From: an uncultured Erythrobacter sp.
GTDB lineage: Bacteria; Pseudomonadota; Alphaproteobacteria; Sphingomonadales; Sphingomonadaceae
Reading direction: 5' to 3'
DNA length: 64,000 nt
Assembly (NCBI GenBank): GCA_964516135.1
Contig: CAZEWN010000013.1
Coordinates: 1,251 to 65,250, forward strand
How positions within the stretch are numbered: position 1 is the stretch's first letter; each line of letters opens with the position of its first letter. Both the position numbers and the translations under genes were made by a program. Positions 39,922 through 49,462 of the stretch are shown here, piece by piece. The notes beneath the pieces were generated by a model. The model ran no database searches. It saw only the letters and a list, made by a program, of their open reading frames with translations, and was not told the origin of the DNA.

Positions 39922-40491
39922 ATGCCGCTGATCGTCGGGATCGGAGGAACCCAGCGCCCCAATTCGATCAGCGAGCGGCTGGTGCGGAGTGTGCTGGAAG
40001 CGACAGCGCGGCTGGGTGTTGAAACGCGGATGTTCGGCGGGCCGGAACTCGCGCAGTTGCCGCACTACGACCCCTATCACCAGAACCGCACCGCGCTGGA
40101 GATTGACTTCGTCGAGGCGGTGCGTGCCGCCGATGGTATCGTGATCGCCTCGCCCAGCTACCACGGCGGCGTGTCAGGGCTGATCAAGAACGCGATCGAC
40201 CTGCTGGAGGAACTGCGGCTGGACGAGCGGCCCTATCTCGACGGGCGCCCTGTCGGACTGGTCGTTGCGGCGGCCGGGTGGCAAGCGGGTGGGGTGACGC
40301 TGGCGGCGCTGCGGGGCATTGTCCATGCCATGCGCGGCTGGCCCACGCCGATGGGCATCGCGATCAATTCCGTCGAGCAGCGCCCGTTCGACGATAGCGG
40401 CGCGCTGGCCGACAGGCAGATTGCCGAACAGATCGAGGTCATGGCCCGGCAACTGGCTGCGGGCTGCATCGGGCTAAGCCAGCGGATCTGA
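39922..40491 (+). CDS. NAD(P)H-dependent FMN reductase (SsuE/MsuE-like)
   Basis: [12 protein letters not shown]...[24 protein letters not shown]. It is divergent from cysD. Confidence 0.8.
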   Translation: MPLIVGIGGTQRPNSISERLVRSVLEATARLGVETRMFGGPELAQLPHYDPYHQNRTALEIDFVEAVRAADGIVIASPSYHGGVSGLIKNAIDLLEELRLDERPYLDGRPVGLVVAAAGWQAGGVTLAALRGIVHAMRGWPTPMGIAINSVEQRPFDDSGALADRQIAEQIEVMARQLAAGCIGLSQRI

Positions 40492-40510
40492 CGGGGCTGG
40501 GCAAGGTGCG

Positions 40511-41662
40511 ATGTTCGACAGCCTGACCCTTGCCGCCATTCCGGATGAAGACGAGGCGCTCCGCCCGCGCGTGCGCGAACTGGCGCGCGGCGCCGTGGCC
40601 GGGCTTTCGCTGGAGCAGCGGGCGCGGTCATGGTCGGGCTTTGACGCAGGGTTTAGCCGGCGGTTGGGGCAGGCGGGCCTGCTCGGGCTGACTTTACCCT
40701 GCGAATACAACGGCGGCGGGCGCGGGCCTTTTGCGCGGTTCGTGGTTGTGGAAGAACTGCTTGCCGCGGGCGCACCAGTGGCGGCGCACTGGATTGCCGA
40801 CCGCCAAAGCGCGCCCTTGATCCTCAATTACGGGACCGAGGCGCAGCGTCGGTTCTTCCTGCCGCGCATCTGCCGGGGGGAGGCGCTGTTCTGCATAGGA
40901 ATGAGCGAGCCGGGATCAGGCTCTGACCTCGCCTCGGTCCGCGCGCGTGCGGTACGGGCGGACGGCGGGTGGCGGCTGAATGGCCAGAAGATCTGGACGA
41001 CCAACGCGCTCCATTCCGATTACATGATCGCGCTGGTCCGCACTTCCGGCACCGCTAACGACCGCCAGGCCGGCCTATCGCAGGTGATCGTCGACCTGAA
41101 AGCGCCCGGTGTCACTGTGCGCCCCATCGCGGACCTCGCCGGTGACAAACATTTCGCCGAAGTGTTTTTCGAAGATGTCACGCTGGGTGAAGACGCGCTG
41201 ATTGGGGCGGAGGGGCAGGGGTGGCAGCAGGTCACTGCCGAACTGGCATTCGAGCGCAGCGGACCGGAGCGTATCTATTCGAGCATGATCGTGCTTGACG
41301 GCTGGCTCGCGCATCTGCGCGCCGCGGGGCGGCGCGACGATGCCACCACCGCGCTGATTGGTGGGTTTGTCGCGCGCCTTGCCGCGTTGCGGGCAATGTC
41401 CATCGCTTGCACCGCAAGGCTGGCGGCGGGAGAGAGCCCCGTGGTGGAGGCTTCGCTGGTCAAGGACCTCGGCACCGCGTTCGAGCAGGAACTGCCGCTG
41501 GCGATCGCCGACGATCTCGCCGCGCATCCGGAGGAGGCGGCAGATGCCGATCTCCTGGCGGCGCTGCGATACACCACGCTGGTCGCGCCCAGCTTCTCGC
41601 TGCGCGGCGGCACGCGCGAGATCCTGCGCGGGATCATCGCGCGCGGGCTGGGTCTGCGCTGA
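40511..41662 (+). CDS. Acyl-CoA dehydrogenase family protein (large subunit of a probable heteromeric pair)
   Basis: 383 aa. ...CIGMSEPGSGSDLASV...GQKIWTTNA...RGGTREILRGIIAR. Confidence 0.85.
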   Translation: MFDSLTLAAIPDEDEALRPRVRELARGAVAGLSLEQRARSWSGFDAGFSRRLGQAGLLGLTLPCEYNGGGRGPFARFVVVEELLAAGAPVAAHWIADRQSAPLILNYGTEAQRRFFLPRICRGEALFCIGMSEPGSGSDLASVRARAVRADGGWRLNGQKIWTTNALHSDYMIALVRTSGTANDRQAGLSQVIVDLKAPGVTVRPIADLAGDKHFAEVFFEDVTLGEDALIGAEGQGWQQVTAELAFERSGPERIYSSMIVLDGWLAHLRAAGRRDDATTALIGGFVARLAALRAMSIACTARLAAGESPVVEASLVKDLGTAFEQELPLAIADDLAAHPEEAADADLLAALRYTTLVAPSFSLRGGTREILRGIIARGLGLR

Positions 41663-42387
41663 TGGAGGCGAACGAGTTCCTCGAACCGTTCGAGCGGATG
41701 CTGGCGGAGTTGTTCCCGCCCGCGCGGGTGCGGGCGATAGAGGCAGGTGATCCCGGCACGGCGGAGTGGGCGGCGGTCGAGCAATCGGGGTTCCTCGATG
41801 CCTTGGGGTCGGAGGACGCTGGCGGCGCGGCACTGGCGCCGGGCGAGGTGCTGCCGCTGTTCATGGCGCTCGGCCGCCATGCGGCGCCCTTGCCGGTGGG
41901 CGAGACGATGCTCGCGCGCGCTGGCCATCGCAATGCCCTGCCGCTGTTGCGCGCCGCGCAGATCGCGGGAGCGGCCGAGCGGGTGCTGGCCATGAGCGTC
42001 ACCTATGCCAATGAGCGCACACAGTTCGGCAAACCGATCGGGCGGCAACAGGCGGTGCAGCAGCAGCTAGCTGTTATGGCAGAGGACGTGGTCGCCACGC
42101 GGCTGGCGGCGCAACTTGCGGCGGGGCGCGGCTGGCCTTCGCCGGAAAGCATCGCGGCGGCGAAGTCGGTCGCCTCGGCGGCGGCGGCGCGGATAGCCAA
42201 CACCGCCCACGCGGTCCACGGCGCGATCGGGATCAGCGCGGAATACGACCTCCAGCTATACACTCGCCGCCTGCACCAGTGGCGGCTGGATCATGGGGCG
42301 GAGACGCTGTGGAACCGGCGGCTCGGCGCGGCGGTGCTCGGTCGCGATGCAACCGCGCTGGATTGGATCCGCAACGAGTTGTTCTAG
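41662..42387 (+). CDS. Short acyl-CoA dehydrogenase-like protein (C-terminal helical domain only; probable small subunit)
   Basis: 241 aa. ...YANERTQFGKPIGRQQAVQQQLA...HGAIGISAEYDL.... The ATG overlaps the upstream stop (tgATG). Confidence 0.75.
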   Translation: MEANEFLEPFERMLAELFPPARVRAIEAGDPGTAEWAAVEQSGFLDALGSEDAGGAALAPGEVLPLFMALGRHAAPLPVGETMLARAGHRNALPLLRAAQIAGAAERVLAMSVTYANERTQFGKPIGRQQAVQQQLAVMAEDVVATRLAAQLAAGRGWPSPESIAAAKSVASAAAARIANTAHAVHGAIGISAEYDLQLYTRRLHQWRLDHGAETLWNRRLGAAVLGRDATALDWIRNELF

Positions 42388-43217
42388 CCGAAGGTCGCGC
42401 TCGCCTGCATCGCCATCTCGCCGCGTTCGTTGCGCACCCACAGCGACAGGCCTCTATCGCTCTCCGCCGCTTCGAGATGCAATGTCCGGTCGACGAACAG
42501 CGGCGCGAGGCCGCGAAAGGTGAAGCTCGCCAGGCGTTGTCCTGGCTGCAACCTGCTTGCGAAACCTTGCAGTAGTGTGGCGGTCAGCGGGCCGTGGACC
42601 ACCAACGCGGGATAGCCTTCCACCCCGGTGGCGTAGGGTGTGTCGTAATGTATCCGGTGCCCATTGAACGTCAGCGCGGAATAGCGGAACAGCAACGGCG
42701 CATCGGGACGGACCGGCTCGCTCCATTGCGCGCGCGGGGCTGGTTTGCCTTGAGGCGCGGAATCGCCAGGCAAGGGGTGCCCGCGGTAGACGAGGTCCTG
42801 CTCTTCCTCGATCGCGATCACGCTCCCTTGCGACGTGGTGTGGCGCAGGGTCACGAAGACCAGCGTGCCACTGCGCCCCGCCTTGCGGTCAATGCTGATG
42901 ATTTCGCTGTGCTTCTCCGCCGGCGCTCCGATCGGCAGCGGCGCGTGATACGTCAGCCGACTGCCCGCCCACATCCGGCGCGGCAATTCGATCGGCGGCA
43001 GGAACCCACCGCGTCGCGGGTGTCCGTCCTCGCCCAGCGCGCTTTGCGGGGCGGCAGGGTTGAAGAAGAGCCACTGCCACCCGGGCGGCAGTGGATCGCC
43101 TTCGCCCGGCGCAGGGGCAAGGTCGAGCGTGGCGGCGAGTTGGGCGACGCGCGGCGCCCAGATATCCTCCGCGACCGTCTGACTGCGGCCGACCCAGGCC
43201 GCCCATTCATCGTCCAT
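42384..43217 (-). CDS. MaoC-like (R)-hydratase / dehydratase, double hot-dog
   Basis: 277 aa from MDDEWAAW (43217). ...HRIHYD..YA...EGYPALVVHGPL... is MaoC-type. Confidence 0.75.
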   Translation of the reverse strand: MDDEWAAWVGRSQTVAEDIWAPRVAQLAATLDLAPAPGEGDPLPPGWQWLFFNPAAPQSALGEDGHPRRGGFLPPIELPRRMWAGSRLTYHAPLPIGAPAEKHSEIISIDRKAGRSGTLVFVTLRHTTSQGSVIAIEEEQDLVYRGHPLPGDSAPQGKPAPRAQWSEPVRPDAPLLFRYSALTFNGHRIHYDTPYATGVEGYPALVVHGPLTATLLQGFASRLQPGQRLASFTFRGLAPLFVDRTLHLEAAESDRGLSLWVRNERGEMAMQASATFG

Positions 43218-43225
43218 CGCGCGCC

Positions 43226-44650
43226 TCAGACGTTCGCGTTCTTCTTCACCGTAATCACCTGCGGATAGGTGAATTCGAGCAGACCTTCCTTGCCGTATTC
43301 GGCGCCGAAGCCGGACTGCTTGTGCCCGCCGAACGGGGCGAACGGCGACAGGTGCAGGTATTCGTTGATCCACACCGTGCCCGTTTCGAGTTGCTCCGCG
43401 ATCCGCACTCCGCGATCAGTGTCCTTGGTCCAGACCGCGCCGGCAAGGCCGTATTCGGAGTTATTGGCGCGCGCGATCACTTCCTCGTCACTAGAGAACT
43501 TCATCAGCGGCATGACCGGGCCAAACTGTTCTTCGGCCACGATCCGCGCGTCTTCGGGCGGATTGTCAAGGATCGTGATCGGGACGTAATAACCGGTACC
43601 CGACGGGTCGCCAGCATCGCCGCCGGCGAGGAACTTGTAACCTTTGTCCCTGGCATCCTGGATCAGTTCCAGCACGCGCTCGTACTGCTTGCGGTTCTGG
43701 ATCGGCCCGACGCCGGTTCCCTGTTCCGACCCGTCACCCACCTTCACCGTTCGGGCATAGTCGGCGATCGCCTTGCTGAGATCGTCGTAAATATCCTCGT
43801 GGATATAGACCCGCTTGGCAGCGACGCAGATCTGCCCGGCGTTGGAGAAGCTCGACCAAAACAACTGCTCCGCCACCTTTTCGACGTCGGCATCAGGCAG
43901 CACGATCGAGGCGTCATTGCCGCCCAGTTCCAGCGTGATGCGCTTCAGATCCTTCGACGCGCCTTCCATGATCTTCTTCCCCGTCGCGGTGGAGCCGGTG
44001 AAGGTGATCTTGTCGATATCGGTATGCTCGGTAATCAGCGGGCCGAGCGCATCCTCGCCGGTGACGACGTTGACGACGCCAGCGGGCACCGCATCCTTGA
44101 TCAGTTCGGCCAGCCGCAGCGTGGTCAGCGGTGTGAAGGGCGAGGGCTTCAAGACAATGGTGCAGCCCGAAAGGATCGCGGGCGCAATCTTCTGCACCGC
44201 CATCATTACCGGGAAATTCCACGGCACGATCCCGCCGACCACGCCCACCGGCACGCGCCGCGTCCGGCTGAGGCGGGCGTCCGAATCCTCGTTGATCTCG
44301 TCTTCCAGATCGAGCGTTGCCTGCGCGCCCGCCATCATCGAAGCGCCGATGATCTCGCCCTTCGCCTGTGCGTGGGGTTTGCCCTGCTCGGCGGTGAGCA
44401 GGCGGTGAAGCTCGTCCGCGTTTTCCTTAATGATCGCGGAAATGCGCTGCACCGCGGCGCGGCGCTCCGCGATCGGCGTCTTCGACCAGGTCTTGAAGGC
44501 GCGGCGCGCGGCGGCGACGGCGGTGTCGAGCTCGTCCTTGCCGCAAGCGGGCACGCGGCCGATCACGTTCTCGTTGGCGGGATTGACGACGTCGAACCAC
44601 TGGCCGTTGTCAGTCATCCGGCCGTCGATCAGGTTGCGGTAGTCGGTCAT
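43226..44650 (-). CDS. NAD(P)-dependent aldehyde dehydrogenase
   Basis: 474 aa. ...VPWNFP...FTGSTATGKKIM...ELGGNDA...EEQFGPV.... Confidence 0.95.
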   Translation of the reverse strand: MTDYRNLIDGRMTDNGQWFDVVNPANENVIGRVPACGKDELDTAVAAARRAFKTWSKTPIAERRAAVQRISAIIKENADELHRLLTAEQGKPHAQAKGEIIGASMMAGAQATLDLEDEINEDSDARLSRTRRVPVGVVGGIVPWNFPVMMAVQKIAPAILSGCTIVLKPSPFTPLTTLRLAELIKDAVPAGVVNVVTGEDALGPLITEHTDIDKITFTGSTATGKKIMEGASKDLKRITLELGGNDASIVLPDADVEKVAEQLFWSSFSNAGQICVAAKRVYIHEDIYDDLSKAIADYARTVKVGDGSEQGTGVGPIQNRKQYERVLELIQDARDKGYKFLAGGDAGDPSGTGYYVPITILDNPPEDARIVAEEQFGPVMPLMKFSSDEEVIARANNSEYGLAGAVWTKDTDRGVRIAEQLETGTVWINEYLHLSPFAPFGGHKQSGFGAEYGKEGLLEFTYPQVITVKKNANV

Positions 44651-45072
44651 GCGCGTCTCTCCGGGGATTCGAGGTCTGCCCCGATCGATAGCACGGTGAA
44701 ACTTATCGCTGCAAAAGCTATCGCCACTCGATCGCGTCTCGGCGCGCGGTAAGGCACACTGCTTGGATAGCGTTGCAGCGCGTGCCGGGTCGCCCAGGCA
44801 GCGAGTGGGTTGGGCCGGTGTGCAGTTCCGGTTCTATTCCGCAATGTATAACGCTGCGATGCCCTGGACGGAAATTCACCGCGTGAACATTTCGGGATTG
44901 CCGAACGCTGGGGCAAGCACCCTGGCACAGTATCTCGCTGCGATCGGCGAACGCGGCACGCGATGGGTCCAGCGACTTCCACGTTCTCCCGCTCAGCAAT
45001 GCTCAAGATGATCGGATCGATTGAGCTCGCTTAGGAAACGCCCTGGCAAAGGGGTGGTTAAGGGAGGCTATA

Positions 45073-47442
45073 ATGAAGCATTTTTCGGTGCAGTGCTTGG
45101 CTCTGCTGGCGTCGACTGCAACTGCCGCCATTTCGTACCCCGCCCTTGCACAGCAGGCATCCGGCACTGCCGGCGTGGCGAGCGGTGAAACTGGGGGTGC
45201 CATCATCGTTACGGCGCGCAAGCGCGAGGAAAGCCTCCAGGATGTGCCGCTGTCGATCACTGCTATCAGCGGCGACGCGATCATCAAGCAGGGGGTCGAC
45301 GATATCAGGGACATCGTTAGCCTGACCCCTGGCCTGTCGATCAGCGAGTTCGGATCGGGCACACTGGTATCTCCAATCATCCGTGGGATCAGCCAGCTAA
45401 CCGGTGGCCAGTTTGCCGAGAACAATGTCTCGACATTCTACAATGGCATCTACATCCAGAACCAGAACCTGATCGATACTACTTTCCTCGACATCGAGCG
45501 GGTTGAGGTCGTCAAGGGGCCGGTTAGCGCACTCTACGGACGCAACGCCTATGCTGGGGTGATCAACTATGTCACCAAGCGGCCATCGGACACGTTCGAG
45601 GGATCCATCCGAGTAATCGGCGACGAGCACGGACGTCGGGCCGCAATCGGATCGATTAGCGGACCCATTATCGGAGACACGGTGAAGGCAAGGATCGGTG
45701 CGCGTTTGGACAGCTCAGACGGATCGTTCGAGGATCCGGTGACCGGCATCGACTTCGAAGGGTATCGCAAATTCGCGGTACAGGGCGCGCTTGAGGTCGC
45801 CTTGTCGGAATCGGTCAATTTGTTGACCACCGTTTTCTATGCCAACGACACCTTGGACCAGCCCATTCGCGTCGCCGCCCTAGGCAACTGCGGGGCCGCG
45901 ACCGGGGCGTTTCAGCCAGCAATTTGCGGCAAGCTACCTGACTACGACGATTCGACTGTGGCTCGCTCCGCAAATCCCGCCTTTGACTTGTTTGGCGCGG
46001 ATCGCGAACTGTTGTTGGCAACGGCGGAATTGAACGTGACGCTAGGGGCGGTGGACATCAAAAGTATCACCTCGTTCGGCGACAATCTTTATGCACAAAA
46101 CCGGGACCAAGACGGGTCGGGCGTGGGATACTCCTTCCGGTTGTCAAACGGCGGGACCGCTAACCTCTCCACTTACACTTTCGGTGTATCGGAAGACAAA
46201 TCGTTTACTCAGGAATTGCGCGCCAGCGTTCAGGCGACTGATCGCATCCGGGCGACTATCGGTGGCTTCTACAACAATTACGAAGCCGACACCCAGTTTA
46301 GTCTCTACGTTGACGCAAGCCCGCTGCCGACGGGGGTCAACCCCATTATCCTCTTTCCGATAGGTGCCAGCCGCAATGGTCCCCCGCCCGCGAACATTCA
46401 GTTCGTTCGGCTGGAGGACGAGGAATATTCAGCGTTCGGCATTCTGGATATCGAGGCAAGCGAGCAACTGACCTTTAGTGCCGAAGCGCGTTATTCGCGG
46501 CAAAGGAAATTTCAGAACCAGTCCGGTGGCTTCCTGACCATTCCCGCAACCGATCCCGATGGCGCGAACGGCCTCAATGGCAATTTCAATCTGTGGAGTT
46601 TTCGCTTCACCGGGGAATATGACATATCCCCGAGCGCGATGATCTATGCCTCCGCGGCCAAAGGGAACAAGGCGGGCGGATTCAATTCTGGCCTCGTGAA
46701 CCCGGCGGACGTCGTCTACGACCCGGAAGTCAACTGGACCTACGAACTCGGCTTCAAGACCGATTTGCTGGGCGGTCGGGCGCTGTTCGATGCGACACTG
46801 TTCTATTCCGACCTTAGCGGAATCCAATTGTTCGGCTTTGCGGAAACCGGGACTGGCTCGATTATCACAAATGGCGGCGACGCGGACGCCTACGGGTTTG
46901 AAGTCGCATTGTCGGGCGAGATTGCATCCGGTTTCAACGCTGCTGTGGGGCTTGCCTATGCCAATCCCCGTTTCAAGGATGGGTCGCTGCTCAACAGCAG
47001 TGCATCGGTCGGGCAGTGCCGCAACATCCCGGCGTGCGCGAATCGGGTGGTTACCGTGAACGGGCGAACCGCGCTTGACCTGGGCGGCCTATCGCTGCCG
47101 CGGCAAAGCGATTGGCAGGCAACCGCTCAGTTCGACATCGAGCAGCCTTTGACCGACCGCTTCGATTGGACTTTTCGCGGAAACTACAAGTATCAATCAA
47201 AGCAGTTCACCACAACGCCGCCGACCAATGTTGGCTGGGTGGGCGATCGGCACACAATCAACTTGCGCGCTGGCCTTGCGAGCGAACACTGGACGGTTGA
47301 ACTATTCGTCGACAATTTGCTGGACGATGGCACTCCACTCAACTTCGGCTCTGGGCTCAACGCCGCCAACGTCACGTTTCCACTGACGGTTGTTTACGGA
47401 CGACGGCGCGCGGTCGGACTGGAAACGAGCCTGCGATTCTAG
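45073..47442 (+). CDS. TonB-dependent outer-membrane receptor
   Basis: 789 aa with a signal peptide, the plug motif IIVTARKREESLQDVPLSITAI..., ...VEVVKGPVSALYGRNAYAGVINYVTK... and a C-terminal ...SLRF. Confidence 0.9.
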   Translation: MKHFSVQCLALLASTATAAISYPALAQQASGTAGVASGETGGAIIVTARKREESLQDVPLSITAISGDAIIKQGVDDIRDIVSLTPGLSISEFGSGTLVSPIIRGISQLTGGQFAENNVSTFYNGIYIQNQNLIDTTFLDIERVEVVKGPVSALYGRNAYAGVINYVTKRPSDTFEGSIRVIGDEHGRRAAIGSISGPIIGDTVKARIGARLDSSDGSFEDPVTGIDFEGYRKFAVQGALEVALSESVNLLTTVFYANDTLDQPIRVAALGNCGAATGAFQPAICGKLPDYDDSTVARSANPAFDLFGADRELLLATAELNVTLGAVDIKSITSFGDNLYAQNRDQDGSGVGYSFRLSNGGTANLSTYTFGVSEDKSFTQELRASVQATDRIRATIGGFYNNYEADTQFSLYVDASPLPTGVNPIILFPIGASRNGPPPANIQFVRLEDEEYSAFGILDIEASEQLTFSAEARYSRQRKFQNQSGGFLTIPATDPDGANGLNGNFNLWSFRFTGEYDISPSAMIYASAAKGNKAGGFNSGLVNPADVVYDPEVNWTYELGFKTDLLGGRALFDATLFYSDLSGIQLFGFAETGTGSIITNGGDADAYGFEVALSGEIASGFNAAVGLAYANPRFKDGSLLNSSASVGQCRNIPACANRVVTVNGRTALDLGGLSLPRQSDWQATAQFDIEQPLTDRFDWTFRGNYKYQSKQFTTTPPTNVGWVGDRHTINLRAGLASEHWTVELFVDNLLDDGTPLNFGSGLNAANVTFPLTVVYGRRRAVGLETSLRF

Positions 47443-47512
47443 GGCGCGGAATGGGCAAACCGGATGGCTGCCAGCGGTGGGCGGCGCCATCGTTGCGTAC
47501 GGAGAGACTGGT

Positions 47513-48232
47513 GTGAATCGACCGATCACAACTTCAAGCAATCTCGTGGCCGGTCTGCTGTTTCTTGCGGCCGTGCCATGCCCGGCCCAGGCCCAGACCG
47601 GCGGCGCCGCGATGGCGTCGCCGGATTCGAACGCGATGGTGCTCGCCCAGCGGTGGTCTCTGCTGCAAGTCGTGCCCCCAGCGATCGAGAACCGGGTGAT
47701 CGTCAATGCCCCGCTCGACAAGGCTTGGGCATTGTGGACTGACCCAATAAGATTGCCTGAATTCATGGGGTTTGGCGCGACGATCGAAGCGCGTCCGGGC
47801 GGTGCCTATCAGGTTGTGTTCGTTCCGGACGCGCCCGATGCCTTGAGCCGCGGCAATGACGGACGGATCATTGCGATCGAACCGCGATCGATGCTGAGCT
47901 TCACTTGGATGACGCCAATGCACATGGCTGCGCTACATGGCAATTCGACTGTCGTTACCCTTTATTTTACGCCGCTTGAGGGTGGCGCGCGCACGCAGGT
48001 CGATCTCGTTAACACCGGTTACGGCACCGGTGACGACTGGCGCGCCGCATACGAATACAATGTCGGCGGCTGGGACCGCGTCCTTGCGCATTTCCAATAT
48101 GCCGCAGAAGTCGGCCCGATCGACTGGACGCAGCGGGCGCGCGATCTGAAGCGTGACGGAACCTTACCAATGTGGCGCGAGTTCAAACGCAAGCAACTGC
48201 GCGGTGAGGATCCCTATGCCAAGGGGCAGTGA
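47513..48232 (+). CDS. Secreted SRPBCC (AHSA1/START-like) domain protein
   Basis: GTG 47513 sits 6 nt after a ggagag RBS. The signal peptide is LVAGLLFLAAVPCPAQA. The SRPBCC-like core reads ...VNAPLDKAWALWTDP.... Confidence 0.7.
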   Translation: MNRPITTSSNLVAGLLFLAAVPCPAQAQTGGAAMASPDSNAMVLAQRWSLLQVVPPAIENRVIVNAPLDKAWALWTDPIRLPEFMGFGATIEARPGGAYQVVFVPDAPDALSRGNDGRIIAIEPRSMLSFTWMTPMHMAALHGNSTVVTLYFTPLEGGARTQVDLVNTGYGTGDDWRAAYEYNVGGWDRVLAHFQYAAEVGPIDWTQRARDLKRDGTLPMWREFKRKQLRGEDPYAKGQ

Positions 48233-48268
48233 TTGACGAGATGCCTTCAGCGCGGTCGCGCAAGCACT

Positions 48269-49267
48269 TCAGATCACATACCGACCTCTGAAGCGATCCA
48301 GTATCAGCGGTCGGATAAACTCGGGCAGCAGTGCAGGGTTCTGAGTCTTGATGCCGGTCAGGTGCTGCAGTATTTGTGCCTGATCCCCAAGTTTTGCGCC
48401 CATCCAGGGATATTCGGACAGCTTCATCATTGATGTGTAATCGCGCCGACAATCGATCGACGGCTTGGCCGGATCCTGAATGTCGGCCAGCTTGGATGTC
48501 CAGAAAGCATAGTCCACGCGCGGTTGCTGAGGTCCGGGCAGCTGCGCCGCGCCCAGAACGCCGTACGAGATTTCATCGCCAGCATCGATGAAATGCTGCG
48601 AATACCCTCCGTCCCGGTCCCAAGGCTGATCGTAGAATTTGGGGTCGACACCCGGCACGATGATTGACTTGCCCACGCGGAAGGCGAGCCGATCGGCGTA
48701 ATCCACGGTTTTCACATCGATTGTGCGATCCAGATAGGGATTGTACACGCGTTCGATCGGGCTGAAAGTGCGGGGGTCCACGTAGACCTGGTTGAACGTT
48801 CCCCACAGAACATAGTCGTGCTCACCCGGATCTGGCACGATCTCGTCATCGGCAGGGGTCGCGAAAATCTGCCCGAGCGTGACCTTGCCCAGCCAAGGAT
48901 AGGCCGCCTCGCCCGGCGGTGCCAGTATAACCAGGCCATATTGCGCCATCCACGAATACTCGCCCGCCAAGTTGGCCTGAACCTTTGCGAACGCGAAGTG
49001 ATTGTCGAGACGCCGCCGCAGGTCGAATGGTCCGGTCTGCTTCGGCATCCACCGGCGACGTTCAAATGCTTCCTTGGGCAGCGTGGTGGCGCGCGCGTGC
49101 TCGCTGATTTGCTGGACCTCGGCCGCCTCGGCCGATTTCTCGGCATTCTGCATCATCGCCATGACATCGTAGGGCTGCATCAGCGCCGCTCCGCCCAGCA
49201 CCATTGCGCCGCCCCGAAGCGCGTCGCGCCGGGACAGGGTCTCGATCTGGCGGAAATCGGTGGTCAT
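48269..49267 (-). CDS. DUF1838 family protein with twin-arginine (Tat) signal
   Basis: The start at MTTDFRQIETLSRRDALRGGAMVLGGAAL is preceded by a gggaga RBS. The body resembles DUF1838 proteins; this family call is from memory. Confidence 0.7.
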   Translation of the reverse strand: MTTDFRQIETLSRRDALRGGAMVLGGAALMQPYDVMAMMQNAEKSAEAAEVQQISEHARATTLPKEAFERRRWMPKQTGPFDLRRRLDNHFAFAKVQANLAGEYSWMAQYGLVILAPPGEAAYPWLGKVTLGQIFATPADDEIVPDPGEHDYVLWGTFNQVYVDPRTFSPIERVYNPYLDRTIDVKTVDYADRLAFRVGKSIIVPGVDPKFYDQPWDRDGGYSQHFIDAGDEISYGVLGAAQLPGPQQPRVDYAFWTSKLADIQDPAKPSIDCRRDYTSMMKLSEYPWMGAKLGDQAQILQHLTGIKTQNPALLPEFIRPLILDRFRGRYVI

Positions 49268-49462
49268 TGTGGTCTCCCTGTGTCGTGGCAATCGGCAGGG
49301 TCGGGCTGGCGCCAGGACCGAAAGCCGCTCCCCGCCGCGCGGAAAGTCCACTACCGATACCGGCTGGAGCGCGCGACAATGCGTCATTGCACAGGCTGTT
49401 CAAGAGGTGATCATTCGCCGACCACCGGTGTACGGAACGATCAAGAACCCAAAGGATGGCGC

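Noticed and set aside
44680-44740. Possible cobalamin riboswitch upstream of the TonB-dependent receptor (ggtgaaa... and gccactc resembling the B12 box GCCACTG).
   Set aside because: Only two short, imperfect matches were found. The other conserved cobalamin-riboswitch helices are not evident, and the element would lie >330 nt from the start codon. An Infernal scan would settle it.
44763-45011. 82-aa ORF with an HTH-like stretch, considered as a possible transposase or regulator remnant.
   Set aside because: It has no RBS, modest GC3 and no confident family match. It is mentioned only as context for the accessory block.
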